DNA of 63,347 nt, counting the filler, from Octopus bimaculoides (Eukaryota), in the NCBI RefSeq assembly GCF_001194135.2. It is 5 parts of 5 records of this genome, joined end to end, with 100 filler letters (N's around TTAATTAATTAA, not from the genome) between each part and the next. Parts side by side here need not be neighbours in the genome. Positions count along the whole stretch, not along the records: positions 49,662 to 60,399 come from NC_068997.1; positions 60,500 to 63,347 come from NC_069008.1; 3 more parts are not named here. The stretch is one strand, 5' to 3'. Of this stretch, positions 51,486-63,347 are shown one piece after another. A program made the translations under genes and the position numbers. The notes beneath the pieces are model-generated. The model was not told the DNA's origin and made no database searches. It saw only the letters and a program-made list of their open reading frames with translations. Within the stretch, counting starts at the first letter, position 1. Every line of letters starts with the position of its first letter.

Positions 51486-51666
51486 CTACTTTGCTGATGC
51501 CTCTCCGTAAAATTCAATAGTCGACCAGCAACATCGTTTCGTAAATGAACAGAAAAGTCACTGCTGATAACATAAACTCACCTAAAGCTGTTAAGGCTTT
51601 GTTTTATTTCATAGTATTTGTTTATATGTACATAGCCTTATCTCTCTCTCTCTCTCTCTCTCTCTG

Positions 51667-51761
<95 letters not shown>

Positions 51762-52133
51762 ATGAATATAAGCAAGGAACAGAAACACACAGAGATATAA
51801 GCACATACATACACAAGCACATACGCACACATACATACATATATATATATAAACTTATACATACATAACGTGTATATAAGAATATATTTGTGTTTATGCG
51901 TGTTTTAGTATATTTTTAATATGAAAATATATAAGATAGAAATATAGTTGAAACCTAAGTCGTTTATTGTTTATTTCAGTCCATCTCTGTAAGTGCAGAA
52001 GAGACTGCTCTGCTCAAATTATTGGTTTTATTGTCATCCTCGAAAAAAATTGCGTGCGTTAAAAACTGCATCAAATATTTCGCGCGTATAATCCCGATTC
52101 ATGTCTAAGTTCCAATTTCCATATTGTCAACAG

Positions 52134-52209
52134 GATACTCTCTGATCTCATGTTACTTGTCACTGGAGACGTAGATAACTTCTTTAGTGATAGACCGAAG
52201 GAACAATGA
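52134..52209 (+). CDS. possible terminal exon (ILSDLMLLVTGDVDNFFSDRPKEQ*)
   Basis: Acceptor ttccatattgtcaacag|G, phase 2; no AATAAA seen nearby. Confidence 0.2.
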
Positions 52210-52905
52210 AATGAGCCCATAAAAGACAAAACGGAGATTTGCATTGCAAAGAATAATAATAGAATATTTACAAATGGCTCTAAACTGCTTTTCTGCAAAA
52301 AATGAAAAATAAGTATTCTCTAAAATTCATTAACCTTAATTTTACCAAATTTATCTTAACTGAACACATCTTTTATTATAAATAGTGTTTCGAACTTAAC
52401 ACTATTGATTTAAGTAGGACTTCCCTTTAAATGTAAATCGAACGAAAGCTGCAGCTAAAGAGATTTGAGGAGTCGAAATGCCTATGCGGATTTATAACGA
52501 AACAATACTCTTTAGATTAATGCAAAGTAGATAAACGCTGGCTTTATTTCTGTTTTAATCTCTATGTAAAAAAAAATACACAAGCTTCTTTCCTTACAAG
52601 AAGTAAAGGAATCTGGGTGCCTATTGTGCGTAAATTTTGATTTTTAGTGAATTCTAGCTCTGTTAAACAAGTTAAGGAAATTTATACAAAAACGCCAAGG
52701 GCAAAAGAGGAATGTGCAGGGATGAACTAATTAGAACAAAGTGCTTTTATAAAATTAATGCAAGCTTTAATACAATTTTGGTATTATAAAATCATCACCT
52801 ATAATGTGTGATTTATACAATCGAATTAGCGCTACTACGGGCTAGTTGTGCCTTATATCATTAATTAGATAATTTATTGTTTATTCACTGATATAAATGC
52901 ATATC

Positions 52906-52943
<38 letters not shown>

Positions 52944-52953
52944 NNNNNNNNNN

Positions 52954-52994
<41 letters not shown>

Positions 52995-53131
52995 ACGTAT
53001 ATATATATCATATATAATATACAAATGTATAAAATATATAATATATATATGTATAATACAAATATATATGATATACATATAATATATGTTGTACATATAT
53101 ATATATAATATATGTATGTATATATGTACAG

Positions 53132-53176
<45 letters not shown>

Positions 53177-53234
53177 TTATTTTTTTATTTATGTGTTTCA
53201 GCCAAGTGGCTGCGGTCATGCTGGTGCACCACTG

Positions 53235-53409
53235 TGATTTTCACGTTCCTCGCATGGCTCTTCTCCACCACCTGACATGGTCCAATCAAGAGTTTTGATG
53301 ACACATCTGGTGTATAAGAGAATTTGACATAGCTGCACTAAACTGCGTCTCATTACGAGCCATTGGTTCGTCTGGTACCGTGGAGAGGAAAGTGTCAAGT
53401 TTTGTCTTG
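53235..53409 (-). mobile_element. CR1/Jockey-like LINE 3' end
   Basis: KTKLDTFLSTVPDEP...AAMSNSLIHQ is typical of the C-terminus of these RT ORFs; abuts a gap. Confidence 0.6.
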
Positions 53410-53770
53410 NNNNNNNNNNNNNNNNNNNNNNNNNNNNNNNNNNNNNNNNNNNNNNNNNNNNNNNNNNNNNNNNNNNNNNNNNNNNNNNNNNNNNNNNNNN
53501 NNNNNNNNNNNNNNNNNNNNNNNNNNNNNNNNNNNNNNNNNNNNNNNNNNNNNNNNNNNNNNNNNNNNNNNNNNNNNNNNNNNNNNNNNNNNNNNNNNNN
53601 NNNNNNNNNNNNNNNNNNNNNNNNNNNNNNNNNNNNNNNNNNNNNNNNNNNNNNNNNNNNNNNNNNNNNNNNNNNNNNNNNNNNNNNNNNNNNNNNNNNA
53701 TATATATAATAGATATATATCATATATATATAATAGATATTTACTATATATATATAATATATATTTATAA

Positions 53771-53804
<34 letters not shown>

Positions 53805-54327
53805 GTTATATATAATATATATATATTATATATATATTTCTTTTTTCATATATATATATATATATATACATATATGTTATATATACATGAATATAATGAT
53901 GTATACTATATATACATGAATATAATGATATATATACTATATATATATGCATATATATCTAAATACATTATTTATGTCTGTGAATAGTCTAGTCGGAAGA
54001 ATATATATGGTTCTAACCACACCAATATTTACTACCTGCAACTCGATCAAAATCTATATAATTCTATATAACATGCGCATGCTCTGCGGTGACCTTACGG
54101 ATCTTGTCTCCAATGTGTTTTATTGTAAAACTTAAAATACCTTTATATTGATTCCGAATGCACAGACATATATAAATACGTAGGCCCATATATGCTTATG
54201 TCCATGTATATGCTTACGAACATAGACAAATGCATGTAGCGTAAGACAATAAGATAGATGAGACATTTAAAAAGCAATCTCTTGTCCTTACAATTTCCGC
54301 GTATATTTTCGTGTGTGAATATATATG

Positions 54328-54370
<43 letters not shown>

Positions 54371-55069
54371 NNNNNNNNNNNNNNNNNNNNNNNNNNNNNN
54401 NNNNNNNNNNNNNNNNNNNNNNNNNNNNNNNNNNNNNNNNNNNNNNNNNNNNNNNNNNNNNNNNNNNNNNNNNNNNNNNNNNNNNNNNNNNNNNNNNNNN
54501 NNNNNNNNNNNNNNNNNNNNNNNNNNNNNNNNNNNNNNNNNNNNNNNNNNNNNNNNNNNNNNNNNNNNNNNNNNNNNNNNNNNNNNNNNNNNNNNNNNNN
54601 NNNNNNNNNNNNNNNNNNNNNNNNNNNNNNNNNNNNNNNNNNNNNNNNNNNNNNNNNNNNNNNNNNNNNNNNNNNNNNNNNNNNNNNNNNNNNNNNNNNN
54701 NNNNNNNNNNNNNNNNNNNNNNNNNNNNNNNNNNNNNNNNNNNNNNNNNNNNNNNNNNNNNNNNNNNNNNNNNNNNNNNNNNNNNNNNNNNNNNNNNNNN
54801 NNNNNNNNNNNNNNNNNNNNNNNNNNNNNNNNNNNNNNNNNNNNNNNNNNNNNNNNNNNNNNNNNNNNNNNNNNNNNNNNNNNNNNNNNNNNNNNNNNNN
54901 NNNNNNNNNNNNNNNNNNNNNNNNNNNNNNNNNNNNNNNNNNNNNNNNNNNNNNNNNNNNNNNNNNNNNNNNNNNNNNNNNNNNNNNNNNNNNNNNNNNN
55001 NNNNNNNNNNNNNNNNNNNNNNNNNTATATATATATATGTATATATATATATATGTATATATATATATG

Positions 55070-55106
<37 letters not shown>

Positions 55107-55616
55107 TTATTGGGTTTTTCTGTATTAACTTCTCTGTCCAAATTGTTAAGCTGTTGCGCCATGTTGGCAACTAGCGTTGGTTAAAACAAGTCCATGCTTA
55201 ACAGATATTTCTTTTTCTATCATTTTTCTCTCGATTCCCTCTCTATACTCAGCCTCTTATTTCCCTCGTCACTAAAACAAAAACAAAAAAAAACACTGTG
55301 AAATAAAGACATTTAAATTAAGCATCTACACATATAGTTGTGTATATGTTTGTATGTGTTTCTGTGTGTAATTGTGTTTGTGTGCATGTATGTGTGTGGC
55401 GTGCACGGGTGATGTGGACAAATTTCTCTTATGTTAAATCCATTTTCCTAATGTACATTTTTATTGTTATTTTTTCTTTTTTTTTTACTAATGTGTTTTT
55501 CTTTCCTTTTCAAATTAGTTTTGCTGATTGGATAAAATACTTTTGGCTGTCGTCTGCTATGAGTTTGTCGTGTATTCTATCATTCATAGAGACAAACTCA
55601 CACTTACGTACGCATA

Positions 55617-55658
<42 letters not shown>

Positions 55659-56520
55659 GTCGTGCAGATATACACTAACGCACATCCACCCATACGTAGA
55701 TATACAACCGCATAAGCATTAATAACAAAAACATATAACAGCAAACAAACAGACATACATTCAAATAGCCAAATAGAAAAAAAAAACGATCTGTTACTTT
55801 ATTCTTCCCATTTAACTGCAATTGTTTCCCTTACGTCCATTAGTTTGGACAAATAAGCCATCTTTGATGTTTAAACATCAAATTCCTGTATATTTTATTG
55901 ATATACTAACATTATAATTACCGCCTTCTGTACTTTCCCACTATCTTGTTTTGTTTTCGTTTTTCGTTTCTAATTTTCTTTTTCAATTTACATTTTATGT
56001 CATTGCTGTTATCATGACTGTTGTTGGTTTTCGTTATATGTTTGCTTGTTGTCTAAGTTATCATTGTAGTTTTTGTTTTGTCTATGTATCTTTTCTTGTT
56101 ACTGTTTTAGATTAATTTTGGTTTTATATTAGCCTTGCATTTTCTCCCAGTTTCCTGATCTGATGCGATTTTTGGCATTTCCATTGGAAGAAGTTTTTCA
56201 TGCTGTATATTTTACAGAGAAATTTTCGCTTTGATTTTTTTTTATCTTTTTGTTCAATTGTTCTTCGTTATATTATAACTAACTCCCTCCTTCGTTTTGT
56301 TTTACTCGTTGTTCTATTGTTCTTTCTCGGTTTTTTTACTTTGTTTTCATGCTTATTTCTGCAATGGTTGTTACAATGTGTCGTCATTGTGCTGTATTGA
56401 TAATGCTGTTGCAATTACCTCCAAATTCTTGTATTACCGCATGTACATGTATGGCTATTACACATAGACACACAAATGATAATGATGATGATGATGATAA
56501 TAATATTAATAATAATAATA

Positions 56521-56570
<50 letters not shown>

Positions 56571-56580
56571 GATTATGATA

Positions 56581-56619
<39 letters not shown>

Positions 56620-56994
56620 NNNNNNNNNNNNNNNNNNNNNNNNNNNNNNNNNNNNNNNNNNNNNNNNNNNNNNNNNNNNNNNNNNNNNNNNNNNNNNNNN
56701 NNNNNNNNNNNNNNNNNNNNNNNNNNNNNNNNNNNNNNNNNNNNNNNNNNNNNNNNNNNNNNNNNNNNNNNNNNNNNNNNNNNNNNNNNNNNNNNNNNNN
56801 NNNNNNNNNNNNNNNNNNNNNNNNNNNNNNNNNNNNNNNNNNNNNNNNNNNNNNNNNNNNNNNNNNNNNNNNNNNNNNNNNNNNNNNNNNNNNNNNNNNN
56901 NNNNNNNNNNNNNNNNNNNNNNNNNNNTATATATATTCGTCGTCAAATAAACGAATGACTATTATAACTTTATAATTACCATTAATACAAATTT

Positions 56995-57060
<66 letters not shown>

Positions 57061-57090
57061 CAGTAGCAGCAGCAGCAGCAGCAGCAGTAG
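56995..57090. repeat. (TAG)n grading into (CAG)n
   Basis: Direct inspection. Confidence 0.95.
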
Positions 57091-57669
57091 CAGAGTTAAC
57101 AGCAGCTGCAGGTACAGTAGCGTGTGGCGGTGGCGGCGGCCGTAGTGGCAGCCAGACATAGAGTCACCAATCACTTTATAAGACCAGGTCATACAGCCAT
57201 CACCACCACCATCATCATCATCAATATCATCATCATCAATATCATCACCATCATCACCATCATCATCAACATGGTCATCATCATCATGGTCATCATCATC
57301 ATCATTACCATCACCGGTAGCATCAACAAAAGTCTCCAACACTACCTCCAACACCAATAGCTGTAAAAAAAAAATGAGAGGACAGTGCGCAACTGCGTCA
57401 TTAGCATCAGCACCACCAACACCTTCATAACCACCACCTGTACAATCACCGCCATCACCACCGCACACATCTCCAACGTTGTCATTGTCATCGTCGTCAG
57501 CGCCGTTTTCTTTGAGGACATTATCGCAATTCCGCAACACAATGATGACGTATCACAATAAATTCACGTGGAAATGAATTTACGGTTTCCATTATTTGTA
57601 TGGTTCGTCGTTGATTGATCCGTGATAGAGATTATGGTGATTAGGTAATCGATGGTATCGGCGAGAACG

Positions 57670-57808
57670 ACTACGACGATGATCATGATCATGATGATGG
57701 TGATGGTGATGGTGATGATGATGGTGATGATGGTGGTGATGATGATAGTGATGATGATAGTGATGATGGTGATGATGATGATGATGATGATGATGATGGT
57801 GATGATGG

Positions 57809-57849
<41 letters not shown>

Positions 57850-57884
57850 ATGATGATGGTGATGGTGATGGTGATGATGATGAG

Positions 57885-57915
<31 letters not shown>

Positions 57916-58190
57916 ATGGTGATGATGATGATGTGGATGATGAGGATGATGATGGTGATGATGGTGATGATGATGATGATGATGATGATGACGATGATGA
58001 CGATGACGAGACGACGACGACGACGATGATGATGATGATGACGATGACGATGACGACGATGATGGTGGCGATGGTGACGGTGGATGACAATGATAATGGG
58101 AGGGGGGAAGATAACGAGGGCTATTATGATGATTTTGATAACGATGATGATGATGATGATGATGATGATGACGACGATGACGACGATGTC
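57670..58190. repeat. long degenerate (GAT/GGT/GAC)n trinucleotide array
   Basis: Direct inspection; source of the poly-M/D/I ORFs. Confidence 0.95.
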
Positions 58191-58234
58191 GGCGATAACT
58201 TTTCGCTCCCTACTTTCCACTCCGTTTCTCTTCA

Positions 58235-58277
<43 letters not shown>

Positions 58278-58845
58278 CTCTCTCACTTTTTCCCCCTCTC
58301 TTTGTACCTATTTATCAAAATCCTTCCACCCCTATCCTCACAACTGCAATCAGGTTGTTGTCACGCTGATTCTCCCCGAGAATTATATTAATAGTACACG
58401 TGACTGTGGAATACTCGGCCACTCCCCACACTAACTCAATAAATCGGTTTCCAAGTTGATAAACAACAGGACGCTCATACATCGAAATCAATGCGAGAGC
58501 CCATATTATATTTTTTAAAAGCATATGGAATATGATTTATGAGATAATTGACTGTTATTTCTAGCAGGCTAAGTGACTCTGTGGAGGCTCTCACGATGCC
58601 CATAACAGGAGTGTGTTGGCAATTTCCGAGCATTTCATTCCGTTTAATTGTTTGAAGAATCCTTTGGAGTGCCGTTCTTTTGTTTATGCTCTTGGAGACA
58701 GTCCACAACCGGAGAGTCTTTCATAATAGTCCTGCTAAATTGAGAATTATATGGAACTAAGTAAGTAGTATAACTAATATATCGGTTCCACCAAGCTGAC
58801 AGTAAATTCTAAATTTTCATTCCCGAACAATTCTGTGAAAACCGC

Positions 58846-59355
58846 CAACGATTCTGCCAGCTCACCGCCCAAACAGACCTAAATAATATCCTTTCTACTA
58901 TAAGCACAAGGGCTGAAATTTAGGGGGCGGGGGGAGAGGGCAAGTCGATTACATCGACCCAGTGCGTAACTGGTACTTATTACATCGATCCCAAAAGGAT
59001 GAAAGATAGAGTCGACCTCGGTGGAATTTGAACTCAGAACGTACTGACGGACAAAATGCTGCTAAGCATTCTGCCCGGTATGCTAAAGTTTCTGCCCGCT
59101 CACCGCTCAAACATACCTCGGTAATATCCTTTCTACTGGAGGCACAAGGCCTCAAATTTGCGGGGAGGCGGGGGAAGGGATTAAATCGATTACATCGACC
59201 CCCAGCATTCAACTGGTAATTATTTAATCGAGCCCGAAAGGATAAAAGGCAAACTCGATCTCGGCGGAATTTGAACTCAGGATGTAGCAGCAAAACCGCT
59301 AAGCATTTCGACCGGCGTGCTAACGATTCTGCCAGCTAGCCGCCCAAACAGACTA
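58846..59355 (-). mobile_element. head-to-tail tandem of tRNA-derived SINE units (approx. 240-bp period)
   Basis: gccagct.accgc.caaaca.ac junction recurs at about 58855, 59095 and 59330 with two full SINE bodies between. Confidence 0.85.
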
Positions 59356-59500
59356 ACAACAGCAAGGCAAAGACAACTATTCGCACACAAAATTTTTTAA
59401 ACCCCCTCCCCGATTCCACTTTCAATACTGATATAACAGACTTAACAAGGGACACTGAATGAGGTCGCTCGTTCTTCCGGTAGTTTTAGAATAGGACAGG

Positions 59501-59700
59501 ATAAATAAGGTGGTACAGTTCTATATTTAAGAGACGAGGAATTATGTACATTATTTACATTATTTTCATTTGACGGATATTTGTCATCTTGTTTGTTGTT
59601 AACACAACGTTTCGGCTGATATACCCTCCAGCCTTCATCAGGTGTCTTGGGGAAATTTCGAATAAGAAATAATGTAAATAATGCAAATAAATAAGGTGGT
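59501..59700 (-). mobile_element. truncated hammerhead-bearing element with 14-bp TSD and short inverted terminal segment
   Basis: ataaataaggtggt at 59501-59514 and 59687-59700; aaataatgtaaataatg at the right end is the reverse complement of the element's own tail. Confidence 0.9.
59601..59646 (-). ncRNA. intact minimal type-I hammerhead ribozyme motif
   Basis: GACAC-CUGAUGA-A-GGCUG gagggtatat CAGCC-GAAA-CG-UU-GUGUU; predicted cleavage between 59606 and 59605. Confidence 0.75.
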
Positions 59701-60499
59701 TCTTGAGTTTTATGTCAAATATGAAGGCATTTCAACATAGGTTAGATCATCTAGCGCCGATCTAGGCATTATCAGTTACAAAACGAAAAGAAGAAGAAAA
59801 AACACAGGGAAAACCGGCTCGTCACAAACGTAGAGTTTTTTATCCACATCTCTTACATCCCTGTGATAATGGATTTTCTGCTATATATGAAAATTACGAG
59901 TAAGTCATAACAGGGATGCCTTCGATGATAGACCTGTATCATCAGGGCTGATGTTGGGGTCTAACAACCACATTGACAACAACAACAACAACAAACAGAC
60001 AAAAACTAGAAAAATAACAGAATCGATTTCGTCTTGAAAGAAGTAGCGTCAGCTCCATTTTACTAGTGAAACGCTTTGCTTCTGTCCGAGACTACAATAC
60101 CAACATCAATGCAATGAATGAATAACTGAATAAATAAATTAACATCAACTCTTTCCAAACTATGTCTGTCCCTGTACGTATGTGCGTGTGTGCGTGTGTG
60201 CGTGTGTGTGTGAGTGTGTGCGCGTGTGTGTGTGTGTGTGTGTGTGTATTTGTGTGTGTGCACGCGTGAGTTTGTCTGTCTGTGGCTGCTTGTGTGTGTG
60301 TGCGTTGAGTGTAATGGCGTTAGGTAGATGTATTCCGTATTCCATGAGAGTTAAACGTTTCCTGCTATGCATTTATACATACATACATGTATATATATAN
60401 NNNNNNNNNNNNNNNNNNNNNNNNNNNNNNNNNNNNNNNNNNNTTAATTAATTAANNNNNNNNNNNNNNNNNNNNNNNNNNNNNNNNNNNNNNNNNNNN

Positions 60500-60680
60500 C
60501 CACTTTCCATGCTGGAATGGGTTGGATGGTTCAAAGTGTATCTTGCCTGAAGTTACGTTTTCTAGTTTTCTTTCTACAGCTGGATGCTCTTCCTGACACC
60601 AACCACTGCACAAAGTGCACTGGGTGCATCTTATGGCACCATCACTAGAGACGATTGCCATGTCCTTGACAAAACTAGAG
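60500..60680 (-). mobile_element. RTE-tail-type repeat (inverted copy of the family at 61520-61665)
   Basis: tttccatgctggaatgggttggatgg...tttctacagctggatgctcttcctgacaccaaccac. Confidence 0.55.
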
Positions 60681-61519
60681 GTTCCCCTCAATCTCTGGGT
60701 TTCACATATACCTTGGGATGGGTGAGAGATCTAGGGTAATAAATATATGGAAAGGAGGGGTTGAGTGTTGGGGAGAGACTCAGGTAGGTCCAGTAACATC
60801 CCTAGTTTCATTGGAAGAATGGTGAACAGAAGAGATTTACTGCCATTCTTTGTCACAGCAATAAGATAGTAGAGTAAAAAGAAGAAGAGAGAGAGAGCTT
60901 GAGAGATAAAAGATAGGGGTAGGGGTATTAGGGGCATGGCAGTAGGGACTCAAGGTCTGAGAGTTGTCACTCATCAAACTAGTTCTTTGGTGGTCTGGGA
61001 ATATACCTCCAAAAAACCAGTTTGATAAATGCTAATAAACGAAACTTTGGGCTCTTGGGTCACTCTGTTACTTCTGCTAAATACAAATATACACACACAC
61101 ACACACATATACATATACACATACACATATACATAGATGCACATGTAATTATATGAATTAATGAACAACAAAAGAAGATGAGTTATGTAATCACTTCCAT
61201 TAGCTTCCAGCTGTTTCTGCTACAGGAAGCAGTGAACTCGAGCCGAGCGTGTGTGTGTATGTTTGCAATCTATTTTAAGTTGCTCCAAGCAGAAACATCT
61301 GTCAACCAATCACCCCAACCTTGGAAGACATGGGAAATAAGAACTTTTGTTGTTGCAAAATGGTTTTGGGTTAGCAATAGGAAGGCTGTCTGTCTGTAAA
61401 ACAATGCTACAATAATATATTCACCTAACCCATGCTAGCATACAAAATCAGATGTACAATCAAACATAAGTAAAACCATGTTTATACATTCATATTCTCC
61501 CATGCACGCATAAACACAC

Positions 61520-61665
61520 ACATGTGTGCATGTGGTGTTGGGAAGATTATCCAGCTGTAGAAATCTTGCCAAATCTTTCATTGGAGCTCAGCAAAGTCCT
61601 CTGGCTCACTGCTTCCTCTTCAACTGTCCTACCCATGCCATTTATGGGAAATGGATGACAAAACC
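61520..61665 (+). mobile_element. RTE-tail-type repeat, decayed
   Basis: gggaagattatccagctgtagaaatcttgcc...aactgtcctacccatgcca...ggaaatggatg. Confidence 0.5.
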
Positions 61666-62029
61666 TTTATAATACATCAGATGATGTATTTTCTTTTTGG
61701 TATTTTCCCTCTCATAATTTTGTTTTGTTTCTTGCCACATTCTTGTGAGTCCCACTCAGTCAAGTGTATGACTACACTCGATGAGGGTCACCAATCCTCA
61801 CCTGGTTTCAAGCAAGAGAATATTTCACCAAGTTCTTCAAACATGAACAGCACAATGGTTGGTTATGTTTTCTGGTGGAACACTGCACACAAACAACACT
61901 GTTTGTGTGACGTGACATTTGTTTATAATTAGCAGCAGATGTCAAGACAAGGAGACATGAGCAGACATATGCACACACACACACACACACATATGCATAC
62001 TGTTACAACCTGGTGGACATAATCCGAAT

Positions 62030-62577
62030 TTACAGAATCAACAAGGATAGGATGGATTCAAAGCAACACCACACCATGAATTTTCCGGGGTGACTCCCTA
62101 TCACCACTCCTCTTTTGTCTAGCCTTAATACCTCTCTCAAAATTGCTCAACGATGCACAGTACGATTATAAAATGTTTGATAAAAATATAAATCATCTCA
62201 TTTACATGGATGATTTAAAGCTCTTTGCAAAAAATGACCAACAACTCAAGGGCTTACTAGTGATTGTTAAACAATTCAGTGATGACATCAGGATGCAATT
62301 TGACCTCGATAAATGTGAAAAAGCTACCTTTATCAAGGAAAAATGACAGAAACATCTAACGTTAACCTTGACCAGCAGAATGTTATAAAAGAGTTAGAAC
62401 CAGCGGAGAGCTACAAATACCTAGGGGTAATTGAAGGGGACGGAATCAAACATTCAGTGATGAGGGAAAGGATCAGAAGAGAATGTTATCACTGGTTGAG
62501 AGCAATACTCAAAACAGTGCTGAATGCAAGAAACAGGATCGAAGCGATCAATGCTTTAGCCATACCAGTCGTCAATT
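62030..62577 (+). mobile_element. R4/Dong-like LINE reverse transcriptase fragment
   Basis: IFRGDSLSPLLFCLALIPLSKLLND...INHLIYMDDLKLFAK...FDLDKC, frameshift, YKYLGV...NARNRIEAINALAIPVV. Confidence 0.88.
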
Positions 62578-63347
62578 GATACTAAGAACCACTATTTTAG
62601 AACCTGATATTAAAGTACTTTCTCAAAAATAGCAAACTCAAAGAAGTCATTAATTTGAATAAAGAGTAAATACATACCAAAAGGAAATATTTCAAAATTC
62701 CATATTCTCAGTGTTTATAGATTTGGCTACTTTAAAAAGATTATTATTCGTTTACTTATTAAAAAAAAAGTTCCTACTTAAGTAAAATATTTGAAAATGT
62801 CATATTTCCAATTTTTTTTTCCACCTGTTATTGGGGGTTTCTTTAATGACATTACTATTAAATTACTTAGTGGCCTAAGCCTATGGATAAAAGACAAAAA
62901 AATATTTGTTTAATGCAGCCTCTATGAGGAGCAATGAATTGTAAGGTGGCCTTCATGAACAAAAAGGTTCCCCACACCTGCCCTAGGGTGTGCCTAACTG
63001 ATTCTGTCCACCACCATCTAGTCTGTTAACCTATCTCTCTATAAATGACACACCCAATTATTATTCATGTCTTTCTCATCCACAAATCTACATTTGTAAA
63101 ACAAAAAAAAACATCACTATTCTATTTCTCTCCCAAGTTGATTATTCCACAAAAATCTCCAAGAATATTTCTAAATTTACCAAATTATAACATAAATTAT
63201 TCTTTCAAATACAATATTTAAATGTAATTTATAAAAATATATTAAAAATATAATCTTTTTTAAATTTAATAGGATGTTTAACTTTTATAATGTCAGAATA
63301 AAATTTATAAAATTGAAATATTAAAATTATTTTCATAAACAGTATAT

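Noticed and set aside
56962-58434. Asp/Met/Ile/His-rich ORFs suggesting a biomineral or low-complexity protein
   Set aside because: All frames are translations of a degenerate (GAT)n array; no splice or codon evidence.

Overview
AT-rich, microsatellite-dense animal genomic DNA from a fragmented draft assembly (about 9% N, with artificial TTAATTAATTAA gap linkers). From memory of consensus motifs (no database search), the SINE families point to an octopus genome. Most ORFs in the supplied track are microsatellite or gap artefacts. Recognisable content: many tRNA-derived SINE copies, three mariner transposase relics, three R4/Dong-like (RLE) LINE fragments, CR1/Jockey-like and Tx1-like LINE fragments, and a decayed Penelope-like (PLE) GIY-YIG endonuclease. 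There are also scattered, unidentified candidate exons on both strands, none assignable to a named gene. The most interesting signal is a set of minimal type-I hammerhead ribozyme (HHR) motifs from at least three sequence families. One is a tRNA-headed SINE-like element carrying an HHR with an extra A in the core, present as a 12-bp-TSD-flanked head-to-head palindromic dimer (29.7-30.3 kb), an intact 14-bp-TSD-flanked truncated copy (59.5 kb) and a third copy (13.7 kb). The others are a foldback element with a central GUC hammerhead and 12-bp TSD (20 kb) and a canonical-core HHR (37.7 kb). Together with the PLE fossil these suggest ribozyme-bearing non-autonomous elements mobilised by Penelope-like retroelements. 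This is an inference; ribozyme activity and novelty are untested.
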